The translations under genes and the position numbers were made by a program. This document shows positions 16,601 to 29,535 of a stretch of 64,000 nt of DNA, in pieces. Every line of letters begins with the position of its first letter. The first letter of the stretch is position 1. This DNA comes from Escherichia coli (GTDB lineage: Bacteria; Pseudomonadota; Gammaproteobacteria; Enterobacterales; Enterobacteriaceae), in assembly GCF_965641715.1 (NCBI RefSeq), contig NZ_OZ282453.1. One strand, given 5' to 3'. The notes beneath the pieces are model-generated. The model did no database searches. It was not told the origin of the DNA and saw nothing but the letters and a program-made list of their open reading frames with translations.

Positions 16601-17656
16601 ATGGAAATAAGCTTTACCCGCGTGGCACTGCTGGCTGCCGCGCTCTTCTTTGTTGGTTGCGATCAAAAACCACAACCCGCCAAAACCCACGCTACTGAAG
16701 TTACCGTTCTTGAAGGCAAAACTATGGGTACCTTCTGGCGTGCCAGCATCCCGGGCATTGACGCCAAACGCAGCGCCGAGCTCAAAGAGAAGATTCAGAC
16801 CCAGCTGGACGCCGACGATCAGCTGCTTTCGACCTATAAAAAAGATTCCGCGCTGATGCGCTTTAACGATTCGCAAAGTTTGTCGCCGTGGCCGGTAAGT
16901 GAAGCGATGGCCGATATCGTCACCACCTCGCTGCGCATTGGCGCAAGGACCGATGGTGCGATGGATATAACCGTCGGGCCGCTGGTGAATCTGTGGGGCT
17001 TTGGCCCGGAACAACAGCCGGTTCAAATTCCGAGCCAGGAACAGATCGATGCGATGAAAGCCAAAACCGGCTTACAGCACCTGACGGTCATTAATCAGTC
17101 GCATCAGCAATATCTGCAAAAAGACCTGCCGGATTTATATGTCGATCTCTCCACCGTCGGTGAAGGTTATGCGGCGGATCACCTGGCACGCTTGATGGAG
17201 CAGGAAGGGATTTCCCGCTATCTGGTGTCGGTGGGCGGCGCGCTGAACAGCCGTGGTATGAACGGTGAAGGCCTGCCGTGGCGGGTAGCGATTCAAAAAC
17301 CAACCGATAAAGAAAACGCGGTTCAGGCTGTGGTGGATATCAACGGTCATGGGATTAGCACCTCTGGCAGCTACCGTAACTATTACGAACTGGACGGCAA
17401 ACGTCTTTCCCATGTTATCGATCCGCAAACCGGGCGTCCCATCGAACACAATCTGGTATCCGTGACGGTGATTGCTCCGACGGCGCTGGAAGCCGATGCC
17501 TGGGATACTGGCTTGATGGTACTCGGGCCGGAGAAAGCCAAAGAGGTTGTTCGCCGGGAAGGGCTGGCGGTTTATATGATCACCAAAGAAGGCGATAGCT
17601 TTAAAACCTGGATGTCACCACAGTTTAAAAGCTTCCTTGTCAGCGAAAAAAATTAA
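16601..17656 (+). CDS. apbE: FAD:protein FMN transferase ApbE (lipoprotein)
   Basis: 351-aa ORF, MEISFTRVALLAAALFFVGC... (lipobox FVGC); ApbE family. Confidence 0.93.
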   Translation: MEISFTRVALLAAALFFVGCDQKPQPAKTHATEVTVLEGKTMGTFWRASIPGIDAKRSAELKEKIQTQLDADDQLLSTYKKDSALMRFNDSQSLSPWPVSEAMADIVTTSLRIGARTDGAMDITVGPLVNLWGFGPEQQPVQIPSQEQIDAMKAKTGLQHLTVINQSHQQYLQKDLPDLYVDLSTVGEGYAADHLARLMEQEGISRYLVSVGGALNSRGMNGEGLPWRVAIQKPTDKENAVQAVVDINGHGISTSGSYRNYYELDGKRLSHVIDPQTGRPIEHNLVSVTVIAPTALEADAWDTGLMVLGPEKAKEVVRREGLAVYMITKEGDSFKTWMSPQFKSFLVSEKN

Positions 17657-17662
17657 AGCGCA
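17655..17662 (+). promoter_or_regulatory. Ada box in the ada promoter
   Basis: AAAGCGCA at 17655-17662 within ...GAATTAAAGCGCAAGATTG..., about 70 bp upstream of the ada start; matches the methylated-Ada binding element. Confidence 0.7.
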
Positions 17663-17729
17663 AGATTGTTGGTTTTTGCGTGATGGTGACCGGGCAGACT
17701 AAAGGCTATCCTTAACCAGGGAGCTGATT

Positions 17730-18794
17730 ATGAAAAACGCCACATGCTTAACTGACGATCAACGCTGGCAATCTGTCTTAGCCCGCGACCCGAATGCCGA
17801 CGGCGAATTCGTTTTCGCCGTGCGCACCACAGGCATCTTTTGCCGTCCGTCTTGCCGCGCCAGACATGCCTTGCGGGAAAATGTCTCCTTCTACGCAAAT
17901 GCCAGCGAGGCACTCGCCGCCGGATTTCGCCCCTGCAAACGCTGCCAACCTGATAAAGCCAATGCCCAGCAACATCGGTTGGATAAAATCACCCACGCGT
18001 GTCGACTGCTGGAACAGGAAACGCCTGTAACGCTGGAAGCCTTAGCCGACCAGGTGGCGATGAGTCCGTTCCATCTGCATCGTTTATTTAAAGCCACCAC
18101 CGGAATGACGCCAAAAGCCTGGCAACAGGCCTGGCGCGCTCGTCGCTTGCGCGCATCGCTGGCGAAAGGCGAGAGCGTCACCCAGGCGATTCTGAACGCT
18201 GGATTTCCCGACGGCAGTAGTTATTACCGCAAAGCCGACGAAACGCTGGGAATGACGGCTAAACAGTTTCGTCACGGTGGCGAAAACCTGGCTGTGCGTT
18301 ATGCGCTGGCTGATTGTGAGTTGGGCCGTTGCCTGGTGGCAGAAAGCGAGCGGGGGATTTGCGCGATTCTGCTGGGCGACGATGACGGGATGTTGATTAA
18401 CGAACTCCGTCAAATGTTTCCTGCCGCCGACAATGCGCCTGCTGACCTGATGTTTCAGCAACATGTGTGTGAAGTGATTGCCAGCCTCAATCAGCGCGAT
18501 ACGCCGCTGATGTTACCGCTGGATATTCGGGGAACCGCTTTTCAACAACAAGTCTGGCAGGCGCTACGCACTATTCCTTGTGGTGAAACGGTGAGTTACC
18601 AGCAACTGGCGAACGCGATTGGCAAACCTAAAGCCGTTCGCGCGGTAGCCAGTGCCTGCGCCGCCAATAGATTAGCTATTATTATCCCTTGTCATCGGGT
18701 AGTACGCGGTGATGGCGCACTTTCTGGTTACCGCTGGGGCGTGTCGCGCAAAGCGCACTTGCTGCGCCGCGAAGCTGAACATGAGGAGAGGTAA
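17730..18794 (+). CDS. ada: Bifunctional transcriptional activator / O6-methylguanine-DNA methyltransferase Ada
   Basis: 354-aa ORF; N-terminal four-Cys zinc site (CRPSCRAR...RPCKRC), AraC-type HTH, C-terminal PCHRV active-site motif. Confidence 0.95.
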   Translation: MKNATCLTDDQRWQSVLARDPNADGEFVFAVRTTGIFCRPSCRARHALRENVSFYANASEALAAGFRPCKRCQPDKANAQQHRLDKITHACRLLEQETPVTLEALADQVAMSPFHLHRLFKATTGMTPKAWQQAWRARRLRASLAKGESVTQAILNAGFPDGSSYYRKADETLGMTAKQFRHGGENLAVRYALADCELGRCLVAESERGICAILLGDDDGMLINELRQMFPAADNAPADLMFQQHVCEVIASLNQRDTPLMLPLDIRGTAFQQQVWQALRTIPCGETVSYQQLANAIGKPKAVRAVASACAANRLAIIIPCHRVVRGDGALSGYRWGVSRKAHLLRREAEHEER

Positions 18795-19444
18795 TGTTGG
18801 ATCTGTTTGCTGATGCTGAACCGTGGCAAGAATCGCTGGCTCCCGGCGCGGTGATTTTGCGCCGTTTTGCTTTTTACTCTGCGGAACAACTGATGCTCGA
18901 TATCAGTGACGTTGCCAGCCAGTCGCCATTTCGCCAGATGGTCACCCCCGGCGGATATACCATGTCGGTAGCGATGACCAACTGCGGGCATCTGGGCTGG
19001 ACAACCAATCGGCAAGGTTATCTCTATTCGCCCATTGATCCGCAAACAAATAAACCGTGGCCCGCCATGCCGCAGAGTTTTAATGATTTATGTCATCACG
19101 CGGCCACGGCGGCGGGTTATCCAGATTTCCAGCCTGACGCTTGCCTAATCAACCGCTACGCCCCTGGTGCGAAACTGTCGCTGCATCAGGATAAAGACGA
19201 ACCGGAGCTGCGTGCACCGATTGTTTCTGTTTCTCTGGGCTTACCCGCGATTTTTCAATTTGGCGGCCTGAAACGAAATGATCCGCTAAAACGTTTGTTG
19301 TTGGAACATGGCGATGTGGTGGTGTGGGGCGGTGAGTCGCGGCTGTTTTATCACGGCATTCAACCGCTCAAAGCGGGGTTTCATCCACTCACCGCCGACT
19401 GCCGCTACAACCTGACATTCCGTCAGGCAGGTAAAAAAGAATAA
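18794..19444 (+). CDS. alkB: Alpha-ketoglutarate/Fe(II)-dependent DNA dioxygenase AlkB
   Basis: 216-aa ORF, MLDLFADAEPWQE...; ATG overlaps the ada stop; H-x-D...H iron-binding residues (LHQDKDE...YHGI). Confidence 0.95.
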   Translation: MLDLFADAEPWQESLAPGAVILRRFAFYSAEQLMLDISDVASQSPFRQMVTPGGYTMSVAMTNCGHLGWTTNRQGYLYSPIDPQTNKPWPAMPQSFNDLCHHAATAAGYPDFQPDACLINRYAPGAKLSLHQDKDEPELRAPIVSVSLGLPAIFQFGGLKRNDPLKRLLLEHGDVVVWGGESRLFYHGIQPLKAGFHPLTADCRYNLTFRQAGKKE

Positions 19445-19519
19445 AAATAAGAATTATTATTGCTGTGCGCGCGAAGATGTTTAAACTGCGGGCTGTAATT
19501 CATTGTCCGGGTTTTCTGC

Positions 19520-21163
19520 ATGGAACTTCTTGTACTTGTCTGGCGGCAGTATCGCTGGCCATTTATCAGTGTGATGGCGCTAAGCCTCGCCAGTGCGGCT
19601 TTAGGCATTGGCTTAATTGCTTTTATCAATCAGCGCCTTATCGAAACGGCGGATACCAGTCTGCTGGTGTTGCCGGAGTTTCTGGGATTATTGCTGCTGT
19701 TGATGGCAGTCACTCTCGGATCGCAACTGGCGCTCACCACTTTGGGGCATCACTTCGTTTACCGACTGCGTAGTGAATTTATCAAGCGGATTCTGGATAC
19801 CCACGTCGAGCGCATTGAACAACTCGGTAGCGCCTCGTTGCTGGCGGGATTAACCAGCGATGTGCGCAATATCACCATTGCTTTTGTGCGTCTGCCGGAA
19901 CTGGTGCAGGGGATCATTCTCACTATCGGTTCAGCGGCGTATCTGTGGATGCTGTCGGGCAAAATGTTGCTGGTAACGGCTATCTGGATGGCGATCACCA
20001 TCTGGGGCGGTTTTGTGCTGGTGGCGCGGGTGTACAAACATATGGCGACCCTGCGTGAAACCGAAGACAAGCTGTACACGGATTTTCAAACCGTACTTGA
20101 AGGGCGCAAAGAGCTGACTCTGAACCGGGAACGCGCCGAGTATGTGTTTAACAACCTCTACATCCCCGATGCGCAAGAGTATCGCCATCATATTATCCGC
20201 GCAGACACCTTCCATCTTAGTGCCGTGAACTGGTCAAACATCATGATGCTGGGCGCAATCGGCCTGGTGTTCTGGATGGCGAACAGTCTCGGTTGGGCTG
20301 ATACCAACGTTGCCGCGACCTATTCGTTGACGCTGTTATTCCTGCGTACGCCGCTGCTTTCGGCGGTTGGTGCGTTGCCGACGCTACTGACTGCGCAGGT
20401 GGCGTTTAACAAGTTAAACAAATTCGCGCTCGCACCTTTCAAAGCGGAGTTTCCGCGCCCGCAGGCGTTTCCCAACTGGCAAACGCTGGAGCTGCGTAAT
20501 GTTACGTTTGCTTATCAGGATAACGCGTTTTCCGTTGGGCCGATTAACCTCACCATTAAACGTGGCGAACTGCTGTTTCTGATAGGTGGCAATGGTAGCG
20601 GCAAATCGACGCTGGCGATGTTGCTGACAGGTTTATATCAGCCGCAAAGTGGCGAAATTTTGCTGGATGGTAACCCCATCAGCGGCGAAAAACCGGAAGA
20701 TTATCGCAAACTGTTTTCGGCAGTGTTTACCGATGTCTGGTTGTTTGATCAACTGCTGGGGCCGGAGGGGAAACCTGCTAACCCACAACTGGTTGAGAAG
20801 TGGCTGGCGCAGCTGAAAATGGGTCATAAGCTTGAGTTAAGTAACGGGCGTATTGTTAACCTGAAGTTATCGAAAGGGCAGAAAAAACGCGTGGCGCTGT
20901 TGCTGGCTTTGGCAGAAGAACGCGATATTATTCTGCTGGATGAATGGGCGGCGGATCAGGATCCACATTTCCGCCGTGAGTTTTATCAGGTGCTGCTGCC
21001 GTTGATGCAGGAAATGGGTAAAACAATTTTCGCTATCAGCCATGATGATCACTACTTCATCCACGCCGACCGTCTGCTGGAGATGCGTAATGGGCAACTT
21101 AGCGAACTGACCGGCGAAGAGCGCGACGCTGCTTCGCGTGATGCCGTTGCCCGGACGGCATAA
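19520..21163 (+). CDS. yojI: ABC exporter YojI (fused permease/ATPase; microcin J25 efflux family)
   Basis: 547-aa ORF; N-terminal TM domain, C-terminal Walker A (GGNGSGKST), ABC signature and Walker B ([12 protein letters not shown]). Confidence 0.92.
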   Translation: MELLVLVWRQYRWPFISVMALSLASAALGIGLIAFINQRLIETADTSLLVLPEFLGLLLLLMAVTLGSQLALTTLGHHFVYRLRSEFIKRILDTHVERIEQLGSASLLAGLTSDVRNITIAFVRLPELVQGIILTIGSAAYLWMLSGKMLLVTAIWMAITIWGGFVLVARVYKHMATLRETEDKLYTDFQTVLEGRKELTLNRERAEYVFNNLYIPDAQEYRHHIIRADTFHLSAVNWSNIMMLGAIGLVFWMANSLGWADTNVAATYSLTLLFLRTPLLSAVGALPTLLTAQVAFNKLNKFALAPFKAEFPRPQAFPNWQTLELRNVTFAYQDNAFSVGPINLTIKRGELLFLIGGNGSGKSTLAMLLTGLYQPQSGEILLDGNPISGEKPEDYRKLFSAVFTDVWLFDQLLGPEGKPANPQLVEKWLAQLKMGHKLELSNGRIVNLKLSKGQKKRVALLLALAEERDIILLDEWAADQDPHFRREFYQVLLPLMQEMGKTIFAISHDDHYFIHADRLLEMRNGQLSELTGEERDAASRDAVARTA

Positions 21164-21256
21164 TATTTTGACGCTGACCTGGCGGGCTACTGTCGCCAGG
21201 TCAATATTCTAAAAATCCCTGCATTTCTAATAACCCTATAATTAATCAACGAAATT

Positions 21257-21296
21257 ATAATGTTTATAAAATTAGAAGATAATTTATAAACATTAT
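21257..21296. promoter_or_regulatory. Perfect 14-bp inverted repeat in the mqo upstream region
   Basis: ATAATGTTTATAAA (21257-21270) / TTTATAAACATTAT (21283-21296) with a 12-nt spacer, about 85 bp upstream of the mqo start; AT-rich. Confidence 0.4.
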
Positions 21297-21368
21297 TTAA
21301 ATGTTGTTACTTAAGTGTTACCGTTGATGCCGCGCAAATCTCACCTGCAATAAAGCGACTAAAAGTAA

Positions 21369-23027
<1,659 letters not shown>

Positions 23028-23028
23028 T

Positions 23029-23400
23029 GATGTGCCACATCCGGCAGGGTATGCCGGATGTGGCGTATGCTGATAAGACGCGTCAGCGTCGCATCAGGCA
23101 ACCGGCTCGGACGTTGGATGTCGGATGCGGCGTAACCGCCTTATCCGACCTGGCGGTTGCAGCACTTCACAGCGGTGTAGGCCTGATAAGACGCGCCAGC
23201 GTCGCATCAGGCAACCGGCTCGGGCGTTAGATGTCGGATGCGGCGTAACCGCCTTATCCGACCTGGCGGTTGCAGCACTTCACAACGGTGTAGGCCTGAT
23301 AAGACGCGCCAGCGTCGCATCAGGCAACCGGCCAGGGCGTTAGATGTCGGATGCGGCGTAACCGCTTTATCCAACCTACGGGGTGCCGCACTTCACAGCA
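23029..23400. repeat. REP hairpin plus tandem array of about three 113-bp BIME-like units
   Basis: Perfect 13-bp inverted repeat GCCACATCCGGCA/TGCCGGATGTGGC at 23033-23063. Unit TGATAAGACGCGCCAGCGTCGCATCAGGCAACCGGCTCGGGCGTTAGATGTCGGATGCGGCGTAACCGCCTTATCCGACCTGGCGGTTGCAGCACTTCACAACGGTGTAGGCC repeats at 23071, 23184 and 23297. Confidence 0.85.
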
Positions 23401-23402
23401 GT

Positions 23403-23891
23403 TTAGCGAACTACCGCGTTCTCAATCTTCTCTTCCGCCTTCCAGATGCGGTATTTCACATCCACATTGTCTGGCGTATACACCACGATCGGCAGCTTGC
23501 TGTTGTAACGCAGCATTCCGGTATCGCCGAGATATGCAGTGACAAATTTCTTCTCTTTCTTGCCATCCGGGCAGGCCATCATCGTGGAAACCGGCGAGCT
23601 AACTTTATCAAAGACATAATAATCATAGCCCCAGCCTTCCAGCGTTTTGCTTTCCAGCTTCCCACCGAGACGATGCAAATTGCAATCGACTTCCAGCGTC
23701 TGACCGATTAACAGTTCTACTTTCAGGGTAGATTCATCTTCTTGCGGGGTTAACTGAATCACCTGACGCTTCATGCCTTTTTCAGCTTGTGGATAAGGCG
23801 CGATTTTTTCCAGTGGCTGGACGCTCTCTGCCGCCCAGGCGGAAGTGGTGGCGAAAGCGGCAAACAATACTGCAGGTAGAATGGTCTTCAT
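23403..23891 (-). CDS. eco: Ecotin (periplasmic serine protease inhibitor)
   Basis: 162-aa [50 protein letters not shown]...; sequence recognised as ecotin. Confidence 0.95.
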   Translation of the reverse strand: MKTILPAVLFAAFATTSAWAAESVQPLEKIAPYPQAEKGMKRQVIQLTPQEDESTLKVELLIGQTLEVDCNLHRLGGKLESKTLEGWGYDYYVFDKVSSPVSTMMACPDGKKEKKFVTAYLGDTGMLRYNSKLPIVVYTPDNVDVKYRIWKAEEKIENAVVR

Positions 23892-24149
23892 TTTTTGCTT
23901 TCCTTCTTCATTTATAGGTTTGCACCGATGATGTCGCTGAAGGTTAACATATTCATCAGATTTATTAATTTGCTTTATGAATAACTTAAAGAATATTAAG
24001 ACAATTTTACCTGCTCTTTTAGTGTTAAATTCTGATGAGAGAGCAAACCAGCAGAAATATCTCTGGTGAATTAATCGCTATATAAATATATTTATAACCA
24101 TTTGAAATGTGAGCAAAAGCCCGTTTTTGCCACGCTTCCCGCCACTCTT

Positions 24150-24184
24150 TTGATCCTGCTACAGGTTTTACCTCGATCGGGGTA
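24150..24184 (+). promoter_or_regulatory. napF promoter elements: FNR-like site and NarP/NarL 7-2-7 site
   Basis: TTGATCCTGCTACA (24150-24163, FNR-like half sites) lies about 20 bp upstream of the centre of TACCTCG-AT-CGGGGTA (24169-24184, inverted heptamers). This spacing matches the described FNR/NarP architecture of napF. Confidence 0.6.
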
Positions 24185-24297
24185 TGCATCTTTGACACAT
24201 CCTTTAATATCTTAGCGGCTATAAAAATGGCTTATTAATTATGCGGTTTATTTGGTCGCTCTCAATTTTCAGAGCGCGTTAATGATGGAAGGTCAAT

Positions 24298-24792
24298 GTG
24301 AAGATTGATGCATCCCGTCGGGGCATACTCACTGGTCGCTGGCGCAAAGCCAGTAACGGTATCCGTCCGCCCTGGTCCGGTGATGAATCTCATTTTCTGA
24401 CCCATTGCACCCGCTGCGACGCCTGTATTAATGCTTGTGAAAACAACATCCTGCAACGCGGCGCGGGCGGCTATCCGAGCGTTAATTTCAAAAATAACGA
24501 GTGCAGCTTCTGTTACGCCTGCGCGCAGGCTTGCCCCGAATCGCTATTTTCTCCGCGCCACACCAGGGCCTGGGATTTGCAGTTCACCATTGGGGACGCG
24601 TGCCTGGCGTATCAGTCAGTTGAATGCCGCCGCTGTCAGGATAGCTGTGAGCCAATGGCAATTATCTTTCGCCCGACGCTCTCCGGGATCTACCAGCCGC
24701 AACTTAATAGCCAACTTTGCAACGGATGTGGAGCATGTGCAGCCAGCTGTCCGGTATCAGCCATAACTGCGGAGTATCTCCATGCACACTAA
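24298..24792 (+). CDS. napF: Ferredoxin-type protein NapF
   Basis: 164-aa ORF with GTG start; multiple CxxCxxC 4Fe-4S clusters. Confidence 0.93.
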   Translation: MKIDASRRGILTGRWRKASNGIRPPWSGDESHFLTHCTRCDACINACENNILQRGAGGYPSVNFKNNECSFCYACAQACPESLFSPRHTRAWDLQFTIGDACLAYQSVECRRCQDSCEPMAIIFRPTLSGIYQPQLNSQLCNGCGACAASCPVSAITAEYLHAH

Positions 24793-25045
24793 CTGGCAAG
24801 TTTGCAGCCTGGTCGTGCAGGCCAAAAGCGAACGAATTTCAGACATCAGCACCCAACTGAACGCCTTTCCCGGCTGTGAAGTTGCTGTCAGCGACGCGCC
24901 GAGCGGTCAGTTGATTGTGGTGGTGGAAGCAGAAGACAGCGAAACGCTGATCCAAACCATTGAGTCAGTACGCAACGTAGAGGGCGTGCTGGCGGTGTCG
25001 CTGGTTTATCACCAGCAGGAAGAGCAAGGTGAGGAAACACCATGA
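24782..25045 (+). CDS. napD: NapA chaperone NapD
   Basis: 87-aa [18 protein letters not shown]...; overlaps the napF 3' end by 11 nt. Confidence 0.92.
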   Translation: MHTNWQVCSLVVQAKSERISDISTQLNAFPGCEVAVSDAPSGQLIVVVEAEDSETLIQTIESVRNVEGVLAVSLVYHQQEEQGEETP

Positions 25046-27528
25046 AACTCAGTCGTCGTAGCTTTATGAAAGCTAACGCCGTTGCGGCCGCTGCGGCGGC
25101 TGCCGGTCTCAGCGTGCCGGGCGTTGCCCGCGCCGTTGTTGGTCAGCAGGAAGCCATTAAATGGGATAAAGCGCCGTGCCGTTTCTGCGGTACTGGTTGC
25201 GGCGTTCTGGTCGGAACGCAGCAGGGGCGTGTGGTGGCCTGTCAGGGCGACCCGGACGCACCGGTTAACCGTGGCCTGAACTGCATTAAGGGCTATTTCC
25301 TGCCCAAGATCATGTACGGTAAAGACCGTTTGACGCAGCCGCTGCTGCGTATGAAAAACGGTAAATATGACAAAGAAGGCGAATTTACCCCAATCACCTG
25401 GGATCAGGCCTTCGATGTGATGGAAGAGAAATTCAAAACCGCCCTGAAAGAAAAAGGGCCGGAATCGATCGGTATGTTCGGTTCTGGTCAGTGGACTATC
25501 TGGGAAGGTTATGCCGCGTCCAAACTGTTTAAAGCGGGCTTCCGTTCGAACAACATCGACCCGAACGCGCGTCACTGTATGGCGTCGGCAGTAGTTGGCT
25601 TTATGCGTACCTTTGGTATGGATGAGCCGATGGGCTGCTATGACGACATCGAGCAGGCTGACGCGTTTGTGCTGTGGGGCGCAAACATGGCGGAAATGCA
25701 CCCGATCCTCTGGTCGCGCATCACTAACCGTCGTCTCTCTAACCAGAACGTCACCGTGGCGGTGCTTTCTACCTACCAGCATCGTAGCTTCGAGCTGGCG
25801 GATAACGGCATCATCTTTACGCCGCAATCTGACCTGGTGATCCTGAACTACATCGCCAACTATATCATTCAAAACAATGCGATAAATCAGGACTTCTTTA
25901 GCAAACACGTTAACCTGCGCAAAGGTGCGACGGACATCGGCTACGGTTTACGTCCGACCCATCCGCTGGAAAAAGCAGCGAAGAATCCGGGTTCTGATGC
26001 TTCCGAACCGATGAGCTTTGAAGATTACAAAGCCTTCGTTGCTGAGTATACGCTGGAAAAAACCGCTGAAATGACCGGCGTGCCGAAAGACCAGTTAGAA
26101 CAACTGGCGCAGCTGTATGCCGATCCGAACAAGAAAGTCATCTCCTACTGGACGATGGGCTTCAACCAGCATACCCGTGGTGTATGGGCCAACAACCTGG
26201 TCTACAACCTGCACCTGCTGACCGGCAAAATTTCCCAGCCGGGTTGCGGTCCGTTCTCCCTGACCGGGCAGCCTTCTGCGTGTGGTACTGCGCGTGAAGT
26301 GGGCACCTTTGCTCACCGTCTGCCTGCGGACATGGTGGTGACTAACGAGAAACATCGTGATATCTGCGAGAAGAAGTGGAATATCCCGAGCGGCACCATT
26401 CCGGCAAAAATCGGTCTGCACGCGGTGGCACAAGACCGTGCGCTGAAAGACGGCAAGCTGAATGTTTACTGGACCATGTGTACCAACAACATGCAGGCCG
26501 GGCCGAACATCAATGAAGAGCGTATGCCGGGCTGGCGCGATCCGCGCAACTTCATCATCGTCTCCGATCCGTATCCGACAGTCAGTGCGCTGGCCGCCGA
26601 CTTGATCCTGCCGACCGCAATGTGGGTAGAAAAAGAGGGCGCTTACGGTAACGCCGAACGCCGTACTCAGTTCTGGCGTCAGCAAGTACAGGCACCTGGT
26701 GAAGCGAAATCGGATCTCTGGCAGTTAGTTCAGTTCTCCCGTCGCTTCAAAACCGAAGAAGTATGGCCGGAAGAGCTGCTGGCGAAGAAACCGGAACTGC
26801 GTGGCAAAACGCTGTACGAGGTTCTGTATGCCACCCCGGAAGTGAGCAAATTCCCGGTATCCGAACTGGCGGAAGATCAGCTGAACGATGAATCCCGCGA
26901 GCTGGGCTTCTATCTGCAAAAAGGGCTGTTCGAAGAGTACGCATGGTTTGGTCGTGGTCACGGTCACGATCTGGCACCGTTCGATGACTACCATAAAGCG
27001 CGCGGTCTGCGCTGGCCGGTGGTGAACGGTAAAGAAACTCAGTGGCGTTACAGCGAAGGTAACGACCCGTACGTGAAAGCGGGCGAAGGCTACAAGTTCT
27101 ACGGTAAACCGGATGGCAAAGCGGTGATCTTCGCACTGCCGTTCGAACCAGCGGCGGAAGCACCGGATGAAGAGTACGACCTGTGGCTCTCTACCGGACG
27201 CGTCCTGGAGCACTGGCACACCGGCAGTATGACTCGCCGTGTACCGGAACTGCACCGCGCCTTCCCGGAAGCGGTCCTGTTTATTCACCCGCTGGATGCG
27301 AAAGCGCGCGATCTGCGTCGTGGCGACAAAGTGAAAGTGGTTTCTCGCCGTGGCGAAGTGATCTCGATTGTCGAAACGCGCGGTCGTAACCGTCCGCCGC
27401 AGGGCCTGGTGTACATGCCGTTCTTCGACGCCGCACAGCTGGTTAACAAACTAACGCTGGACGCGACCGATCCGCTCTCGAAAGAGACGGACTTCAAGAA
27501 GTGCGCGGTCAAACTGGAGAAGGTGTAA
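25042..27528 (+). CDS. napA: Periplasmic nitrate reductase catalytic subunit NapA
   Basis: 828-aa ORF; twin-arginine signal ([28 protein letters not shown]); molybdopterin oxidoreductase with N-terminal Cys cluster. Confidence 0.96.
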   Translation: MKLSRRSFMKANAVAAAAAAAGLSVPGVARAVVGQQEAIKWDKAPCRFCGTGCGVLVGTQQGRVVACQGDPDAPVNRGLNCIKGYFLPKIMYGKDRLTQPLLRMKNGKYDKEGEFTPITWDQAFDVMEEKFKTALKEKGPESIGMFGSGQWTIWEGYAASKLFKAGFRSNNIDPNARHCMASAVVGFMRTFGMDEPMGCYDDIEQADAFVLWGANMAEMHPILWSRITNRRLSNQNVTVAVLSTYQHRSFELADNGIIFTPQSDLVILNYIANYIIQNNAINQDFFSKHVNLRKGATDIGYGLRPTHPLEKAAKNPGSDASEPMSFEDYKAFVAEYTLEKTAEMTGVPKDQLEQLAQLYADPNKKVISYWTMGFNQHTRGVWANNLVYNLHLLTGKISQPGCGPFSLTGQPSACGTAREVGTFAHRLPADMVVTNEKHRDICEKKWNIPSGTIPAKIGLHAVAQDRALKDGKLNVYWTMCTNNMQAGPNINEERMPGWRDPRNFIIVSDPYPTVSALAADLILPTAMWVEKEGAYGNAERRTQFWRQQVQAPGEAKSDLWQLVQFSRRFKTEEVWPEELLAKKPELRGKTLYEVLYATPEVSKFPVSELAEDQLNDESRELGFYLQKGLFEEYAWFGRGHGHDLAPFDDYHKARGLRWPVVNGKETQWRYSEGNDPYVKAGEGYKFYGKPDGKAVIFALPFEPAAEAPDEEYDLWLSTGRVLEHWHTGSMTRRVPELHRAFPEAVLFIHPLDAKARDLRRGDKVKVVSRRGEVISIVETRGRNRPPQGLVYMPFFDAAQLVNKLTLDATDPLSKETDFKKCAVKLEKV

Positions 27529-27534
27529 GCCATT

Positions 27535-28230
27535 ATGTCCCGGTCAGCGAAACCTCAAAATGGTCGCCGCCGCTTTCTGCGCGATGTTGTTCGCACAGCA
27601 GGCGGGCTGGCTGCCGTGGGTGTGGCGCTGGGGTTACAACAGCAAACCGCACGCGCATCTGGCGTGCGGTTGCGCCCGCCCGGAGCCATAAACGAGAACG
27701 CCTTTGCCAGTGCCTGTGTGCGTTGTGGTCAGTGTGTTCAGGCTTGCCCTTACGACACCTTAAAACTGGCGACGCTGGCCTCTGGTCTGTCGGCGGGCAC
27801 GCCATATTTTGTCGCACGGGATATTCCTTGCGAAATGTGTGAGGACATTCCGTGCGCCAAAGTGTGCCCGAGCGGTGCGCTGGATCGTGAGATCGAATCG
27901 ATCGACGACGCGCGGATGGGGCTGGCGGTGCTGGTAGACCAGGAAAACTGTCTCAACTTTCAGGGGCTGCGCTGCGATGTTTGTTATCGCGAATGCCCGA
28001 AAATTGATGAGGCCATCACCCTGGAGCTGGAGCGCAACACGCGTACCGGTAAGCACGCCCGCTTTCTGCCGACGGTTCACAGCGACGCCTGTACTGGTTG
28101 CGGTAAGTGCGAAAAAGTGTGCGTGCTGGAACAACCGGCAATCAAGGTGTTACCGCTGTCACTGGCGAAAGGGGAGTTAGGTCACCATTACCGCTTCGGC
28201 TGGCTGGAGGGGAACAATGGCAAATCGTAA
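27535..28230 (+). CDS. napG: Ferredoxin-type protein NapG
   Basis: 231-aa ORF; Tat-like RRRFLR signal; four 4Fe-4S Cys motifs. Confidence 0.94.
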
Positions 28231-29080
28231 ACGTGACGCCGGGCGCGAGGCGCTGGAGAAAAAAGGCTGGTGGCGCAGTCACCGTTGGCTGGTGTTACGT
28301 CGCCTTTGTCAGTTCTTCGTGCTGGGGATGTTTTTGAGCGGTCCGTGGTTTGGTGTGTGGATCTTGCACGGCAACTACAGCAGTAGCCTGTTATTCGACA
28401 CCGTTCCGCTGACCGATCCGCTGATGACGCTGCAAAGTCTTGCCAGTGGTCATCTGCCTGCCACGGTGGCGTTGACCGGTGCGGTGATTATCACCGTGCT
28501 CTACGCCCTGGCAGGAAAGCGATTATTTTGCAGCTGGGTCTGCCCGCTGAACCCGATTACCGACTTAGCGAACTGGTTACGCAGGCGCTTTGACCTCAAT
28601 CAGTCTGCGACGATCCCTCGCCACATTCGCTACGTGCTGTTGGTGGTCATTCTGGTGGGATCAGCCTTAACTGGCACGCTCATCTGGGAATGGATCAACC
28701 CCGTTTCCCTGATGGGGCGTAGCCTGGTAATGGGCTTCGGCAGCGGCGCGCTGCTTATTCTCGCGCTGTTTTTATTTGATCTACTGGTCGTTGAACACGG
28801 CTGGTGCGGGCACATTTGTCCGGTTGGCGCGCTGTATGGCGTGCTGGGTAGCAAAGGTGTGATTACCGTTGCGGCCAGCGATCGGCAGAAATGTAACCGC
28901 TGTATGGATTGTTTTCATGTTTGCCCGGAACCGCATGTGCTACGTGCCCCGGTGCTGGATGAACAAAGCCCGGTGCAGGTCACCAGCCGCGATTGCATGA
29001 CGTGCGGTCGCTGCGTGGATGTCTGTTCTGAGGATGTATTTACAATAACTACACGATGGAGTTCGGGAGCGAAATCATGA
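28217..29080 (+). CDS. napH: Membrane-bound ferredoxin-type protein NapH
   Basis: 287-aa ORF; TM helices plus C-terminal CxxCxxCxxxCP motifs. Confidence 0.94.
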
Positions 29081-29526
29081 AAAGCCATGACCTGAAGAAA
29101 GCGCTGTGTCAATGGACGGCGATGCTGGCCCTGGTGGTAAGCGGCGCGGTTTGGGCGGCTAATGGCGTCGATTTTAGCCAGTCGCCGGAAGTATCCGGGA
29201 CGCAGGAAGGGGCCATTCGGATGCCAAAAGAGCAGGATCGGATGCCGCTGAACTATGTGAATCAGCCGCCAATGATCCCGCATAGCGTTGAAGGTTATCA
29301 GGTAACGACCAATACCAACCGCTGCTTGCAGTGCCACGGTGTCGAAAGCTATCGCACCACTGGCGCACCGCGTATCAGTCCTACTCACTTTATGGACAGC
29401 GACGGCAAAGTGGGCGCGGAAGTGGCTCCGCGTCGTTATTTCTGTCTGCAATGTCACGTACCGCAGGCCGATACCGCGCCAATCGTGGGGAATACCTTTA
29501 CCCCATCAAAAGGTTACGGGAAATAA
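29077..29526 (+). CDS. napB: Periplasmic nitrate reductase dihaem cytochrome c subunit NapB
   Basis: ORF 29056-29526 trimmed to ATG 29077 ([13 protein letters not shown]..., 149 aa); two CxxCH haem motifs (CLQCH twice); ATGA overlap with napH. Confidence 0.93.
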   Translation: MKSHDLKKALCQWTAMLALVVSGAVWAANGVDFSQSPEVSGTQEGAIRMPKEQDRMPLNYVNQPPMIPHSVEGYQVTTNTNRCLQCHGVESYRTTGAPRISPTHFMDSDGKVGAEVAPRRYFCLQCHVPQADTAPIVGNTFTPSKGYGK

Positions 29527-29535
29527 GAGGTTATT

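Noticed and set aside
23071-23400. Possible CRISPR array, considered because of the regular direct repeats
   Set aside because: The units are 113 bp with no unique spacers between short repeats, they contain REP palindromes (GCCGGATGCGGCGT type), and there are no cas genes nearby. This is a BIME/REP array, not CRISPR.
25009-25908. 299-codon minus-strand ORF antisense to napA, and similar ORFs at 26095-26685 and 26725-27288
   Set aside because: Shadow ORFs inside a confidently identified CDS; no domain signatures; Arg/His-rich translations typical of the antisense of GC-rich coding sequence.
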